The notes beneath the pieces are model-generated. The model was not told the origin of the DNA. It worked only from the letters and a program-made list of their open reading frames with translations, and did not search any database. A stretch of DNA of 64,000 nt from Planctomycetota bacterium (lineage in GTDB: Bacteria > Planctomycetota > UBA1135 > UBA2386): NCBI GenBank assembly GCA_965223545.1, contig OZ245006.1, positions 928,001-992,000 of the forward strand. Reading direction: 5' to 3'. Shown here one piece after another: positions 26,352 through 36,021 of this stretch. How positions within the stretch are numbered: position 1 is the stretch's first letter; every line of letters begins with the position of its first letter. Made by a program: the position numbers and the translations under genes.

Positions 26352-27485
26352 ATGCAAAGCGATTTCGGCGCAGATATCTTCGACGACGATCCACCCACCG
26401 AGCAGCCCGAGCGCAGCGCCCGTCGCAGCGCGAAACCCCGGGCGCAGGCCGTCGAGATCCGCGTGAAGAAGACGGCTCCGCGCCGCGACGCGGAGGACCT
26501 CGCCGACATCGAGTTCGGCCAGCCGTCACCGCGACCCGATGCCGCGGCGGATTCGGACACAGCCGATGCGGACAAGGCGGCCGCGCCGGACACCGGCAGC
26601 CGACGGCCACCGCGCCGCCCGCGCGCCGAGCGGGGCGAGCGGGGCGATGCGCCCGCGACGACGGCCACTCCGGTCGAGCCCCGGGCGCGGCGGCAGCGCT
26701 CCACCGGGGTCGGGGAGCCGCGCCCCCGCCGCGATCGCCCGCGCGGCGATCGGGACCGGGGCGATCGGGATCGAGGCGAGCGGGATCGAGGCGAGCGGGA
26801 CCGGGGCGACCGGGACCGGGGCGAGCGCCCGCGCGGTGGTCGCGACCGGGGCGATCGGCACCGCGGCGAGCGCCGGGATCGCGACCGCCCCGAAGACGAC
26901 CGCGGTCGCCGCCGCGGTCGCGACCGCGAGCGCGGGCGCGGTGATCGGCCCGCAGGGCCGCGCGGCGGCCACACGAAGACGTCCGAGACCACCGACACGG
27001 CCCCCATCGATCGGTTGCCGACGCGCGGCGGCCGCGGCCGACAGACACAGCCGACCACCGCCAGTGCCCGGGTCGCGCTCCTCCTCGACCTGGAGGATCT
27101 GAGCCGCGGCGCGCGCGAGCACGGGTGGGAGATCTCCTACCGGCGATTGCAGAACCGGCTCGTCGCCGACCGCACCGCGGTCCGCGTCCTGGCGTACGCG
27201 CCGGACGATCAACCCGAGCTCGGCGCCCCCCTGGCAGCCGCGCGCATCGAGCTGCAGACTTGCGATCCCGACGCGATCGAGGTCGCGTTGAGCGTCGACG
27301 CGATGACCATCGCGCCGCGGGTCGACTGTGTCGTCGTGGGGTCGGACTCGGCCGCGTTCGCCCCGTTGGTCGCCATGCTGCGCAGTCAGGGAATCCGCGT
27401 CGAATCGGCCAGCTTCTCGCCGAAGAGTCCGCTCGACAGCCAGTTCCACCACGAGATCGACAAGTCGGCCTGCTTTGCACCGTGA
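26352..27485 (+). CDS. NYN (LabA/DUF88-like) domain protein with a long disordered Arg/Asp/Gly N-terminus
   Basis: C-terminal RVALLLDLEDL...SVDAM...VVVGSDSAAFAPLVAMLRSQGIRVE. Confidence 0.75.
   Translation: MQSDFGADIFDDDPPTEQPERSARRSAKPRAQAVEIRVKKTAPRRDAEDLADIEFGQPSPRPDAAADSDTADADKAAAPDTGSRRPPRRPRAERGERGDAPATTATPVEPRARRQRSTGVGEPRPRRDRPRGDRDRGDRDRGERDRGERDRGDRDRGERPRGGRDRGDRHRGERRDRDRPEDDRGRRRGRDRERGRGDRPAGPRGGHTKTSETTDTAPIDRLPTRGGRGRQTQPTTASARVALLLDLEDLSRGAREHGWEISYRRLQNRLVADRTAVRVLAYAPDDQPELGAPLAAARIELQTCDPDAIEVALSVDAMTIAPRVDCVVVGSDSAAFAPLVAMLRSQGIRVESASFSPKSPLDSQFHHEIDKSACFAP
26744..26830 (+). repeat. Coding 15-bp tandem repeat (RGDRD/RGERD)
   Basis: GGCGATCGGGACCGG / GGCGAGCGGGATCGA variants, about 5-6 copies. 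Confidence 0.85.
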
Positions 27486-28546
27486 GCCTCCGGCGCCACG
27501 AATCGTCGAGCGGCGACAACCTTTCGGAAGGCTCGATGTCGCTGGAACTTCGACAACGCAGCTCCCGGAGGCTCGAAGACAACACTGGCCTCTGGGCTCA
27601 GCGTGGCCGTCCGGCACCGCTGGATTCGCGGGCTCCGCTACTGCCGCGGTGCGCTCCGTTCTTGGTTGCGGCCTCGGCCGCGCTGAGGCTCCGCCTTCGA
27701 TCGTCCGACGACCCGGCGCCCGATCTCACCGCTTGGCGTGGCGGACTGGTCGCCGGGTTCCTGTGCGCGATGGCCAGTGCGCAGCTCCCCGGCGACGCCG
27801 GCGAGGCCCCCGAGCCGACTTGGACTCTGCTGCGGGAACACGATGAGGCGCGCAGCCGCGCGGCCTTCGCCGCATGCGACGAGGACCGGGATGACCGCAT
27901 CAGCCTGTTCGAGGCGGCGCGCAGGATCGACGGCCTGCAGGACCTGCGCGACATCTCGGTGTTCCGAGAGCTCGACACCAGTGCCGACGGGTTCCTGCAA
28001 TGGCCCGAGTTCGACCAGCGCTACCGCCAGCTGGTGGAGACCGGTCGACCACTTCGGTTGAAGCCCGCCCGCCCCATCGCCCTGCCGCCTTCGACGCCGG
28101 CGGGCGGCGTTCCGCCCGCGATCCGACAGCTGCTGCAGCGACTCGACGACGACCGCGACGGTCGCATCGGGCTCGCAGCGCTCACCGCCGCGATCGAGCA
28201 GATGGGCTTCGCCAAGGCCGCGGCCGCCCACGTGCCCCGGCTGGATCGCGACGGTTCCGGGGACCTCGACGCCGCCGAGCTCGCGGTGCTGGTCCCACTG
28301 CTGGGTGGCACGCCGGCCGATCGCGGCGACGCGGGCACATCACCCTTGCCACCGGAGCACGCTGCGGCCGATCAGAACGGAGACGGCACGATCGGCCTGC
28401 TCGAGCTCGACGCCGCCCTCAAGAGCCTCCACCCCGGACTCACTCGTTGGACCCGAACGATCCTGACCGACGCCGACGAGAGCGGCGACGGCGCCATCGG
28501 CAGCGCCGAGATCTTGCGGGCGACGAGCCGACAAGACACGCGATGA
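27482..28546 (+). CDS. Exported multi-EF-hand protein; first 67 codons come from a repeat element
   Basis: Six EF-like loops: DEDRDDRIS, DTSADGFLQ, DDDRDGRIG, DRDGSGDLD, DQNGDGTIG, DESGDGAIG; GTGA overlap with the NYN gene stop; true start uncertain. Confidence 0.8.
   Translation: MSLRRHESSSGDNLSEGSMSLELRQRSSRRLEDNTGLWAQRGRPAPLDSRAPLLPRCAPFLVAASAALRLRLRSSDDPAPDLTAWRGGLVAGFLCAMASAQLPGDAGEAPEPTWTLLREHDEARSRAAFAACDEDRDDRISLFEAARRIDGLQDLRDISVFRELDTSADGFLQWPEFDQRYRQLVETGRPLRLKPARPIALPPSTPAGGVPPAIRQLLQRLDDDRDGRIGLAALTAAIEQMGFAKAAAAHVPRLDRDGSGDLDAAELAVLVPLLGGTPADRGDAGTSPLPPEHAAADQNGDGTIGLLELDAALKSLHPGLTRWTRTILTDADESGDGAIGSAEILRATSRQDTR
27483..27687 (+). repeat. Stop-codon-anchored palindromic repeat, 201-bp copy
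   Basis: TGAG at 27483 and 27684; central part near-identical to the reverse complement of 43100-43190. Confidence 0.92.
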
Positions 28547-31500
28547 CGCAACCGCTCCGCCGGTGCGCGCGCGGAGTGGTGCTCGCCGTCACGGCGGCCG
28601 CGCCGCTCGCCGCGCAATCTCCAGCGAACGCCGCCCTCCTCGCCGGTGAGCAGGAGGCCTTGGCCGCCAAGGCCGCGGCCGACTATCCGGCCGCGGCCGA
28701 CCGCTTCCGCGAGCTGCTCGCCATCGCGGTCGCCCGCGATGGGGACGCCGAGCGCGCCGCTCTGGCCGAGTACTTCGCCCTGATGGCCGCCAACCTGACC
28801 ACGCACGCCGGCACCTGGGCGGCGTTGGACGACGCACTGCAGGCGGCGGCCGGCGCGCCTCTGGCAGACCGACATCCCTGGCTCGACGACGCGCTGCGGC
28901 AACTCTCGGTGCGCGTCGCGATCGAGCGCGGTGACGTGACCGAGGTCACGACGCGCACCGCCGAAGCCGGGTTCATCGACGCGTTTTGGCTGGCCGGACC
29001 GTTCGACAACGAGCGCGGCGCCGGCTTCTCGCGGCAACTGCCACCGGAAGAAGACGTGGACCTGGAGGCGCAGTACGAGGGCAAGAAGCGCGCCGTCGGC
29101 TGGCGACCGCTGCCGGTGCCCGCGCCGCCGGGTGGCCACATCGACCTCGACGCGATGATGCGGCCCAACGACCAGGTGCTGGCCTACTGCGCGACCGCGC
29201 TGATGGCGGAGGCCGAGCGCGATGCGCTGCTGCACCTCGGCTCGGACGAGGCCTTCGCGGTGTTCCTCAACGGCGAACGCATCGGCGGCCGCGACGTGCG
29301 CCGCCCGTTCGCACCCGACCAGGACGTGCTGGTGCTGCCGCTGGTGCCCGGTGCCAACCTGCTGTTGATCAAGGTCTGCGAGCAAGACGGCGCATTCGCG
29401 CTCGCCGCGCGGCTGACGCAAGTCGACGGCCAGCCGTTGACCGACGTGCGCGCTTCGGATCGCCGCGAGGACCTCGACGCCGCCCGGCGCACCACCGCGC
29501 GCGCCGCGCACCTCGAGCGCGCGACGACCGGCGCGGTCAGCTTCTTCGCCGACCGCGTGGACCGCGGCGGTGATCCGCGGGACGCCATCCGGCTGGCCTA
29601 CCTGCTCGGCATGCGCACGCCGGATGACCAGACCGAGCGGCGCGACGCCACCCTCGCCGAACGCGCGGTCGAGGCACTTCCCGACGACGACAACGCGCTC
29701 TACCTGCGCGCGTTCACCCGCATCCGCACCGCGGCGATCAGCGCCGAGCTCGACGACAACCTCCGGCGGCGGGATTACGAGCGCATTCTGGCGCGCAACC
29801 CCCAACACGCGCAGTCGTTGATCGCGCTGGCGCGCCTCGAGCGCGCCAGCGGCCTGTTCCGCGTCGCGGAGGACCTGCTGCACCGCGCCCTGGCGCAGCG
29901 GCCCGACAACACAGCGGCGCTGGTCGAGCTGGCGGCGACGCAGGAGATGCGCGGTCACCCGGAGATCGCGATCCAGACGCTGCGCAAGGCCCTGCAAACC
30001 GAGCCCGTCCCGCCGCGAGCGCGCCGGGCGCTGGGTCACTTGCTGGCCGCGCAGGGTGCGCCGCGCCCCGCCATCGAGCTGTTGCGCGCCGATTTGAGCA
30101 ACAGCTTCGCACTCGCCGCCGCCGAGGATCTGTCGACGCTGCTGCTGCGCACCGGGGCCCGCGACGAGGCCGTCGCGCTGCTGCGACGGAGCATCGCGCT
30201 GATGCCGTTCGCCAAGGGCCCGCGCCTGCGGTTGGCGCGGCTGTTGGCCGCCGAAGGCAACGCCGAGGCCGCGTTCTCGACATTCCTCGATTGGCTGCGC
30301 ATCTGTCCGGAGGACGACCAGGTACTGGTCGAGGTCAGCGCGCTGCACGGCCGGCAAGGCGACCGAGAACGGCAGCGCGAGGCGCTGCGGGCCGCGCTCG
30401 AGCTGAACCCCAACGACAAGACCGGCCGCCGCTACCTCGAGTTCCTCGAAGCCGACGAGAAACCGTTCTATCACGACTACGCGATCGACGGCGACGCGGT
30501 CCTCGCCACGGACCCGGGCCCCCCCGCCGACGCCGGCGACGCCAACGATCCCTACTACTACCCCTTGCTGCAGACGGTCGTCCACGCCTACCGCAACGGC
30601 ACGACCAGCACCTACCGGCATCGGATCGTGCGCATCCTCACCGAAGAGGGCGGCCGCCGGATGGCCTTCCACCGGGTTGCGCACTACCGCGGCGAACAGC
30701 GCGCGCGGCTGCTGGACGTGCGCGTGCTCGGCGCCGACGGCAGCGAGCGGCGGCCACGGTTGCGCGGAACCGGAGTCCGGCTGCCACCGCTGAGCCCCGG
30801 CGACACGGTGGAGATCCGCGAGCGCGTCGACGACCTCGGACCGACGTTCTTCGGCGACTACTTCGGCCTCGAGCACAATCTGTCGGCGTCGGACGGGGCA
30901 CCCTGCCGGCGCAGTGAGCTGACCGTCGTGCTGGAGCGCGGCCGTGAGTATCGCACCCAAGTCCGCGGCGGCGCGCCGGCGGCGGAAGCCGGCCAGGATG
31001 CCGCCGGCCACACCGTCCAGACCTGGCGGATGACCGACCTCCCCCGCGCAGTGCTCGAGGAGCGCCGCCCGGCGCGGTCGGAGTCCGATCCCCTGGTGCG
31101 CGTCACCACCTACCGGGACTGGCAGCAGTTCGGGGCGTGGTGGTGGGATCTGATCAAGCGACAGCTGGAGGTGTCGCCGGCGATGCGCGCGCTGGTGGCC
31201 GAGCGCACCGCTGGCCTGAGCAGCGCGCGGGAGAAGATCGACGCACTGTACGAGTTCGTCACCACCGACGTGCGCTACACGGCGTGGGAGTTCGGCGTCC
31301 ACGGCTACAAGCCCTACAGCACGCCAGTGGTGTTCGAGCGGCGCCACGGCGACTGCAAGGACAAGGCGCTGCTGCTGGTCGCCCTGCTGTCGGAGCTCGA
31401 CATCCCGGCGTTCCCGGTGCTGATCCACGCGGATCCACTGCGCAGCGAGGACGATCTCTCGCTGCCGCTGGTACGCCACTTCAACCACTGCATCGCCTAC

Positions 31501-32307
31501 GTCCCGCCGTTCGACGACCAACCCGGCCGGTTTCTCGACGGCACCGCCACCTATCACCCAGCGGACACCCTGCCGGAGATGGATCAGGGCGCTGCGGTCC
31601 TCATCGTCCAGCCCGACGGTGTCGCGCTCGACAAGACCGCGTGGGTGCGCGCCGAAGACAACGCAGACGAGTCGAACTGGGGCGTCTCCCTCCAGCCTTC
31701 AGGCGCCGCTCGGGTCGCGCTGCAACAGCGCGCGGTGGGCAACCGAGCAGTGCCGTTGCGAGAGTCGCTGAGCAACACGCCCGCCAAGCGCACCGAGCAA
31801 ATCGAACGCCGCCTGACCGCCGCGGTGGGCACGGTGGACGTCCTGTCGGTCTCGAGCAGCGACCCCCACGACCTCGATGACGTGGTCGAGCTCACGGTCG
31901 AGTTCGACGCGCGCGAGCTGGCGGCACGAGTCGCCGGCCGGCAGACCCTGTCGCTGCCCCTGGGGCTGGAGACCGAGGAGCTGCAGGGCTTGGTGCGCGC
32001 CCCCGAGCGGCGCTTCGCGCTCCTGCTGGGCGTGCCCGACGCGCAGCGCAGCGTGATCCACTACGCGCTGCCGCCGGGCTTTGCTCCGGTCGAGATTCCG
32101 CCGCCGGTGGAGCTGCGCGCGCCGTTCGGCTCCTACGTGCAGCGCGCCTCGCTGGTCGATGGCGAGCTGCGCGTCGAGCGCACGCGCACGCTGGACGTCA
32201 ACCGCATCGAGCCGGCGGAGTATCCGGAGTTTCGCGAGTTCATCCAACGGATCGGGCGCGCCGACGAGCGACGGATACTGATCGAGAAGCGGGGAGGACG
32301 ACCGTGA
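28543..32307 (+). CDS. TPR + DUF3857 + transglutaminase-like protein, catalytic triad intact
   Basis: RHGDCKDKALLL, FNHCIAY, FLDGT (Cys-His-Asp); N-terminal WLAGPFDN domain; TPR helices. Confidence 0.9.
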   Translation: MTQPLRRCARGVVLAVTAAAPLAAQSPANAALLAGEQEALAAKAAADYPAAADRFRELLAIAVARDGDAERAALAEYFALMAANLTTHAGTWAALDDALQAAAGAPLADRHPWLDDALRQLSVRVAIERGDVTEVTTRTAEAGFIDAFWLAGPFDNERGAGFSRQLPPEEDVDLEAQYEGKKRAVGWRPLPVPAPPGGHIDLDAMMRPNDQVLAYCATALMAEAERDALLHLGSDEAFAVFLNGERIGGRDVRRPFAPDQDVLVLPLVPGANLLLIKVCEQDGAFALAARLTQVDGQPLTDVRASDRREDLDAARRTTARAAHLERATTGAVSFFADRVDRGGDPRDAIRLAYLLGMRTPDDQTERRDATLAERAVEALPDDDNALYLRAFTRIRTAAISAELDDNLRRRDYERILARNPQHAQSLIALARLERASGLFRVAEDLLHRALAQRPDNTAALVELAATQEMRGHPEIAIQTLRKALQTEPVPPRARRALGHLLAAQGAPRPAIELLRADLSNSFALAAAEDLSTLLLRTGARDEAVALLRRSIALMPFAKGPRLRLARLLAAEGNAEAAFSTFLDWLRICPEDDQVLVEVSALHGRQGDRERQREALRAALELNPNDKTGRRYLEFLEADEKPFYHDYAIDGDAVLATDPGPPADAGDANDPYYYPLLQTVVHAYRNGTTSTYRHRIVRILTEEGGRRMAFHRVAHYRGEQRARLLDVRVLGADGSERRPRLRGTGVRLPPLSPGDTVEIRERVDDLGPTFFGDYFGLEHNLSASDGAPCRRSELTVVLERGREYRTQVRGGAPAAEAGQDAAGHTVQTWRMTDLPRAVLEERRPARSESDPLVRVTTYRDWQQFGAWWWDLIKRQLEVSPAMRALVAERTAGLSSAREKIDALYEFVTTDVRYTAWEFGVHGYKPYSTPVVFERRHGDCKDKALLLVALLSELDIPAFPVLIHADPLRSEDDLSLPLVRHFNHCIAYVPPFDDQPGRFLDGTATYHPADTLPEMDQGAAVLIVQPDGVALDKTAWVRAEDNADESNWGVSLQPSGAARVALQQRAVGNRAVPLRESLSNTPAKRTEQIERRLTAAVGTVDVLSVSSSDPHDLDDVVELTVEFDARELAARVAGRQTLSLPLGLETEELQGLVRAPERRFALLLGVPDAQRSVIHYALPPGFAPVEIPPPVELRAPFGSYVQRASLVDGELRVERTRTLDVNRIEPAEYPEFREFIQRIGRADERRILIEKRGGRP

Positions 32308-35300
32308 TGGGATGCAGGATTGACTGCGCTGGTCGGGCGCGACTGGGCGCGCTCGCACTCGGTGCGCTCGTGGCGTCCGCTGCCACCACCCAGCAGCCGG
32401 CGACCACGGCGGGCGCCGACGCGGCCCCCGCCATCGCCGATACGCTGCTCGAGGCCTTCGTGCCACGAGTGGACGACCCCGGCGACCGTGCGCTGGCCCT
32501 GCTGCGCACGGCGGCGACCCACGCCGCCCACCCGGCCTCCGCCCTGTTGATCGACGCCGCCCGCCGCGTCTCCGAGCAGGCGCACGGCCGCGACCGCCTG
32601 CTGGGCGCGGTCGACAACTACCTCGGCGCACAGCCGCACGGCCTCGGCCACGCCGCGGCCCTCGGCCTCCGCACCAGCCTGCTGCTGCGCGCGGGGCGGC
32701 GCGGGGCAGAGCTCGAGGATCCACACGGCGACGTCGCCGAACCCCTGCTGGCAGTCGGCCCCTTCGGTGACGAAGGCGACCACTACGGCGGTGTGCCGTT
32801 CGCACCGGAGCTCCGGTTTCCCGACCCGGACACACCGCTGCCCGGTCGTTTCGGCGCGGTGAAGCCGCGCGTCGTGGAGCGCGCCCGGCTGCGGTCCACG
32901 CTCGATCTGGCACCGGACGGCCCACACGCCGAGGGCTGCCACTACGGCTTGCACCAGCTGCACGCCGAGACCGCGTCGCCTTGCTTCGTCGAGGTGCGCA
33001 GCAGCGGCTCGTTCGAGCTGTTCGTCAACGGCGAGCTCGTCCGGGCTGTCGACCGCGCGGTCCAGCGCGCGGCCAACGTACAGCGGTTGCCGGCCATGCT
33101 GCGCGCGGGCGTCAACCTCGTCCTGGTCAAGACCACGACCAACCGCCGCTCTACCATCGGCCTGCGCTACCTCGACGGAGCCGGGCGACCGCTGGCGACC
33201 ATTCGCACGCTGGCCCCCGACACGGTGCGGCAACCCGGCGCACCGGCGGGCCCACCGGCGGAGCTGTCGGAGTTCGTCGACGGCACCGAGAGCTTGGCGC
33301 GGGCGGGCATGCGCAGCGAAGGCACCCAGCGCCGACGACTGCTGTTGGCCGCCATCCTCGCCGCGCAGCAAGACCGGGACCACGACCGCGCGATGCCTTG
33401 GCTCGCCGCGCTGGAGCAAGACCCACCGCAGACGCCGCGCCTGATCCTCGCCCATGCGCGCGCGCTGGACGGCGCCGATTGGTTGCCGGCGGAGCTGCGC
33501 AACGCCCGGGCGCGCGCGCTGCGGCGTGGGTTGCCGGCCACCGCCGCCGACGGTCACCACGCCACGCTCGAACGCGCCCGCGCGCTGGACAACCAGGACC
33601 GCGGCGAGGACGCGATCCGGCTCTTGCAGCGCCGCGTCGCCGACGGCCACGCCGGCCCGGAGACCTTCGACCAGCTGTACCGCATCCTGCAGCGGCTGCG
33701 CTTCACCGCCGATGCCGAAGCGCTGCTCGCGCCGTGGCGGGAGCGCTGGCCGGCCGACGTGCGACCGGTGCTCGCCGCGGTCTCGGCGCGCAGGAGGGGC
33801 GGCGACATGGCCGGCGCGCTGGCGCTCGCCCGCGAGGCCAACGCCACCGCGCCGCACCCGGCGCTGCGGCGCTCGGTCCTCGATCTCGCCTCGGACCTGG
33901 GCCAGGCCGAGCTGGCGCTGGCCCAGCTCGAGCCGCTGTTCGAGAACGACCCGACGGGCGCTGCCGCGTTGCAAGCCCGCGCCGAGACCTTGGCTCGCCT
34001 GGGCCGCGACGCCGACGCGGCGGCCGTGGATGCGACGCTGATCGACCACCCCGCGCTCGATGCGCGGAGCGCGCGCGACATCGCCGCCCGATGCCTGCTG
34101 CGCGACGACCGCGACGGTGCACAACGCGCCCTGGCGCGCGTCCTGCAGCTGTCCCCCGGCGACGCCGCCGCGCGGCGCACGGCGGCGATGCTCACCGGCG
34201 ACGACGCATTCGCCGAGCTCGCACCGTTTCGCCGTGACGCCGACGAGATCTTGGCCGGCTTTCGCGCGAGCGACCGCGAGCGGGGGGCGTCGTCGTCGCT
34301 GGTCCTCGACCAGATGATCGTGCGCGTGTTCGACGACGGCTCGGCCGTCGAAGAGGTCCACCAGATCCGCCGCATCAACGATCTCCGCGGCGTCGAGCTC
34401 TACCAGGAGGCGCGCAACGCGGCCAACGCCGCCGAGGTCCTGCGGTTGCGCACCGTCGGCACCGACGGCGAGAGCTACGTGCCGCACCGCGTGGCGCGCA
34501 GCTACGGCATGCCGCGGCTCGAGCCGGGTGCGTTCATCGAAGAACGCTACCGCAACTACGAAGCCGCCCCCGGCGCATCGCCATGGCGGGCGACCGAGTT
34601 CTACTTCCGCAGCACCGACGAGCCGTTCTTGCTCACCGAGCTGGTGATGATCTTGCCGGAAGAGCACCAGGGACGGTTTCGCACCCGCAACATGCCGGCG
34701 CCAACGGAAGTGCAGGAGCTCGACGGCGGCCTCCGGGCCTTCGTCTTTCGCATGACCGACGTACCGCGGCTGCCGAGCGAGCGCAGGGCACCGCCCATCG
34801 ACGAGCTAGTGCCGATCGTCACCTTCGGCGAGGATGCGAACCCCGATGCCGCCGCCCGCGCGGCGTATCGCACCGCCGAGCGCCGCGCGATTCCCGATCC
34901 AACCATCCGCGCCAAGGCGGCCGAGCTCACCCTGGGTGTGCAGGGCGACACCGCCAAGGCCGCCGCCATCTACCGCTACGCGCAGGAGCAGATCGCCGAC
35001 GGCGGCAGCACCGACCCGACCGAGATCGTGCTGACCGGCCGCGGGCAGCGGTTCTTCGCCATCACAGCGCTGCTGCGCGCCGCCAGCGTGCCGTTCGACC
35101 ACGCGCGCACCGAGGACGTCCACGCGCGGTTTCTCGACAGCGGTCCGCCGCTGTTCCTCGGCGAGGAGGAGTACCGCATCCCCGCGCTGCGCGTGACCCC
35201 CACCGACGGTGCGGTCTTCTGGCTGTTCGCCGACAGTCCACGCCACTATCCCAGCGGCGCCATCCCCGCCGAGCGGTTTGCCGCGCGCGCGCTCTTGCTG

Positions 35301-35987
35301 CGCGCTGGCGGCGGCGAGCCGACGCGGCTCCCCGACGGAGACGCGGCGGCGGAGTCCGGCTACGACGTGCGCGGCACCCTCGCACTGACCGAGGACGGCA
35401 CCGCGGAGCTGCGTGCCGAGGCCACGCTGCGCGGGGTGATCGCCTACGGGGCCTCGAGCCGCATCGCGACGCTGGAGGAGAGCACCCAGCAGATCGTGGC
35501 GCGCCAGCTGGCGGGGCAGGTGTTCGACGGATGGAGCCTCGGCGAAGTCGAGCTGACCGGCCTCGACGCCGGCGCGCGGATCGGCGCGCGCGTGGTGGTC
35601 TCTCAGCGCGACGCGCTCAGCACGGCGGGCGAGGAGCTCCTGCTGCGACTGCCGTTCCCCCCGATCGAGTTCTCGGCCGGCCTCGGCGACCGCGCCCAGC
35701 GCCATCTACCGCTGGTGCTGACCGATCTGCAGAGCAGCTCATGGGAAGTGACGGTGTCGCCCGCACCCCACTTTCGCCTGCTCGAGCTGCCCACGCCCGT
35801 GCGCCTGCAGCACGCGCTGGTGGATTTCTATCTCGGCGTGGAGCGCGATGGCGACACCGTGCGGCTGCGCCGCGAGCTCGTGCTGCGACCCGGCCGCGTG
35901 CCGGCCAGCCAGTTTGCCGAGTGGCTCGACCTCCTGCGTCGCCTCGATCTCGCCGAGCAGCAGACGCTGCGGTTGCAGCGGCGCTGA
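32304..35987 (+). CDS. TPR + DUF3857-like paralog with a degenerate transglutaminase domain
   Basis: Same architecture as the upstream gene (AVGPFGD, LFVNG, GVNLVLVK, LEPGAFIE) but GRGQRFFAITALL where GDCKD is expected. Confidence 0.8.
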   Translation: MMGCRIDCAGRARLGALALGALVASAATTQQPATTAGADAAPAIADTLLEAFVPRVDDPGDRALALLRTAATHAAHPASALLIDAARRVSEQAHGRDRLLGAVDNYLGAQPHGLGHAAALGLRTSLLLRAGRRGAELEDPHGDVAEPLLAVGPFGDEGDHYGGVPFAPELRFPDPDTPLPGRFGAVKPRVVERARLRSTLDLAPDGPHAEGCHYGLHQLHAETASPCFVEVRSSGSFELFVNGELVRAVDRAVQRAANVQRLPAMLRAGVNLVLVKTTTNRRSTIGLRYLDGAGRPLATIRTLAPDTVRQPGAPAGPPAELSEFVDGTESLARAGMRSEGTQRRRLLLAAILAAQQDRDHDRAMPWLAALEQDPPQTPRLILAHARALDGADWLPAELRNARARALRRGLPATAADGHHATLERARALDNQDRGEDAIRLLQRRVADGHAGPETFDQLYRILQRLRFTADAEALLAPWRERWPADVRPVLAAVSARRRGGDMAGALALAREANATAPHPALRRSVLDLASDLGQAELALAQLEPLFENDPTGAAALQARAETLARLGRDADAAAVDATLIDHPALDARSARDIAARCLLRDDRDGAQRALARVLQLSPGDAAARRTAAMLTGDDAFAELAPFRRDADEILAGFRASDRERGASSSLVLDQMIVRVFDDGSAVEEVHQIRRINDLRGVELYQEARNAANAAEVLRLRTVGTDGESYVPHRVARSYGMPRLEPGAFIEERYRNYEAAPGASPWRATEFYFRSTDEPFLLTELVMILPEEHQGRFRTRNMPAPTEVQELDGGLRAFVFRMTDVPRLPSERRAPPIDELVPIVTFGEDANPDAAARAAYRTAERRAIPDPTIRAKAAELTLGVQGDTAKAAAIYRYAQEQIADGGSTDPTEIVLTGRGQRFFAITALLRAASVPFDHARTEDVHARFLDSGPPLFLGEEEYRIPALRVTPTDGAVFWLFADSPRHYPSGAIPAERFAARALLLRAGGGEPTRLPDGDAAAESGYDVRGTLALTEDGTAELRAEATLRGVIAYGASSRIATLEESTQQIVARQLAGQVFDGWSLGEVELTGLDAGARIGARVVVSQRDALSTAGEELLLRLPFPPIEFSAGLGDRAQRHLPLVLTDLQSSSWEVTVSPAPHFRLLELPTPVRLQHALVDFYLGVERDGDTVRLRRELVLRPGRVPASQFAEWLDLLRRLDLAEQQTLRLQRR

Positions 35988-36021
35988 GCCGTAGCCGACC
36001 GCCTGCTCGCGGACCGGCTGC

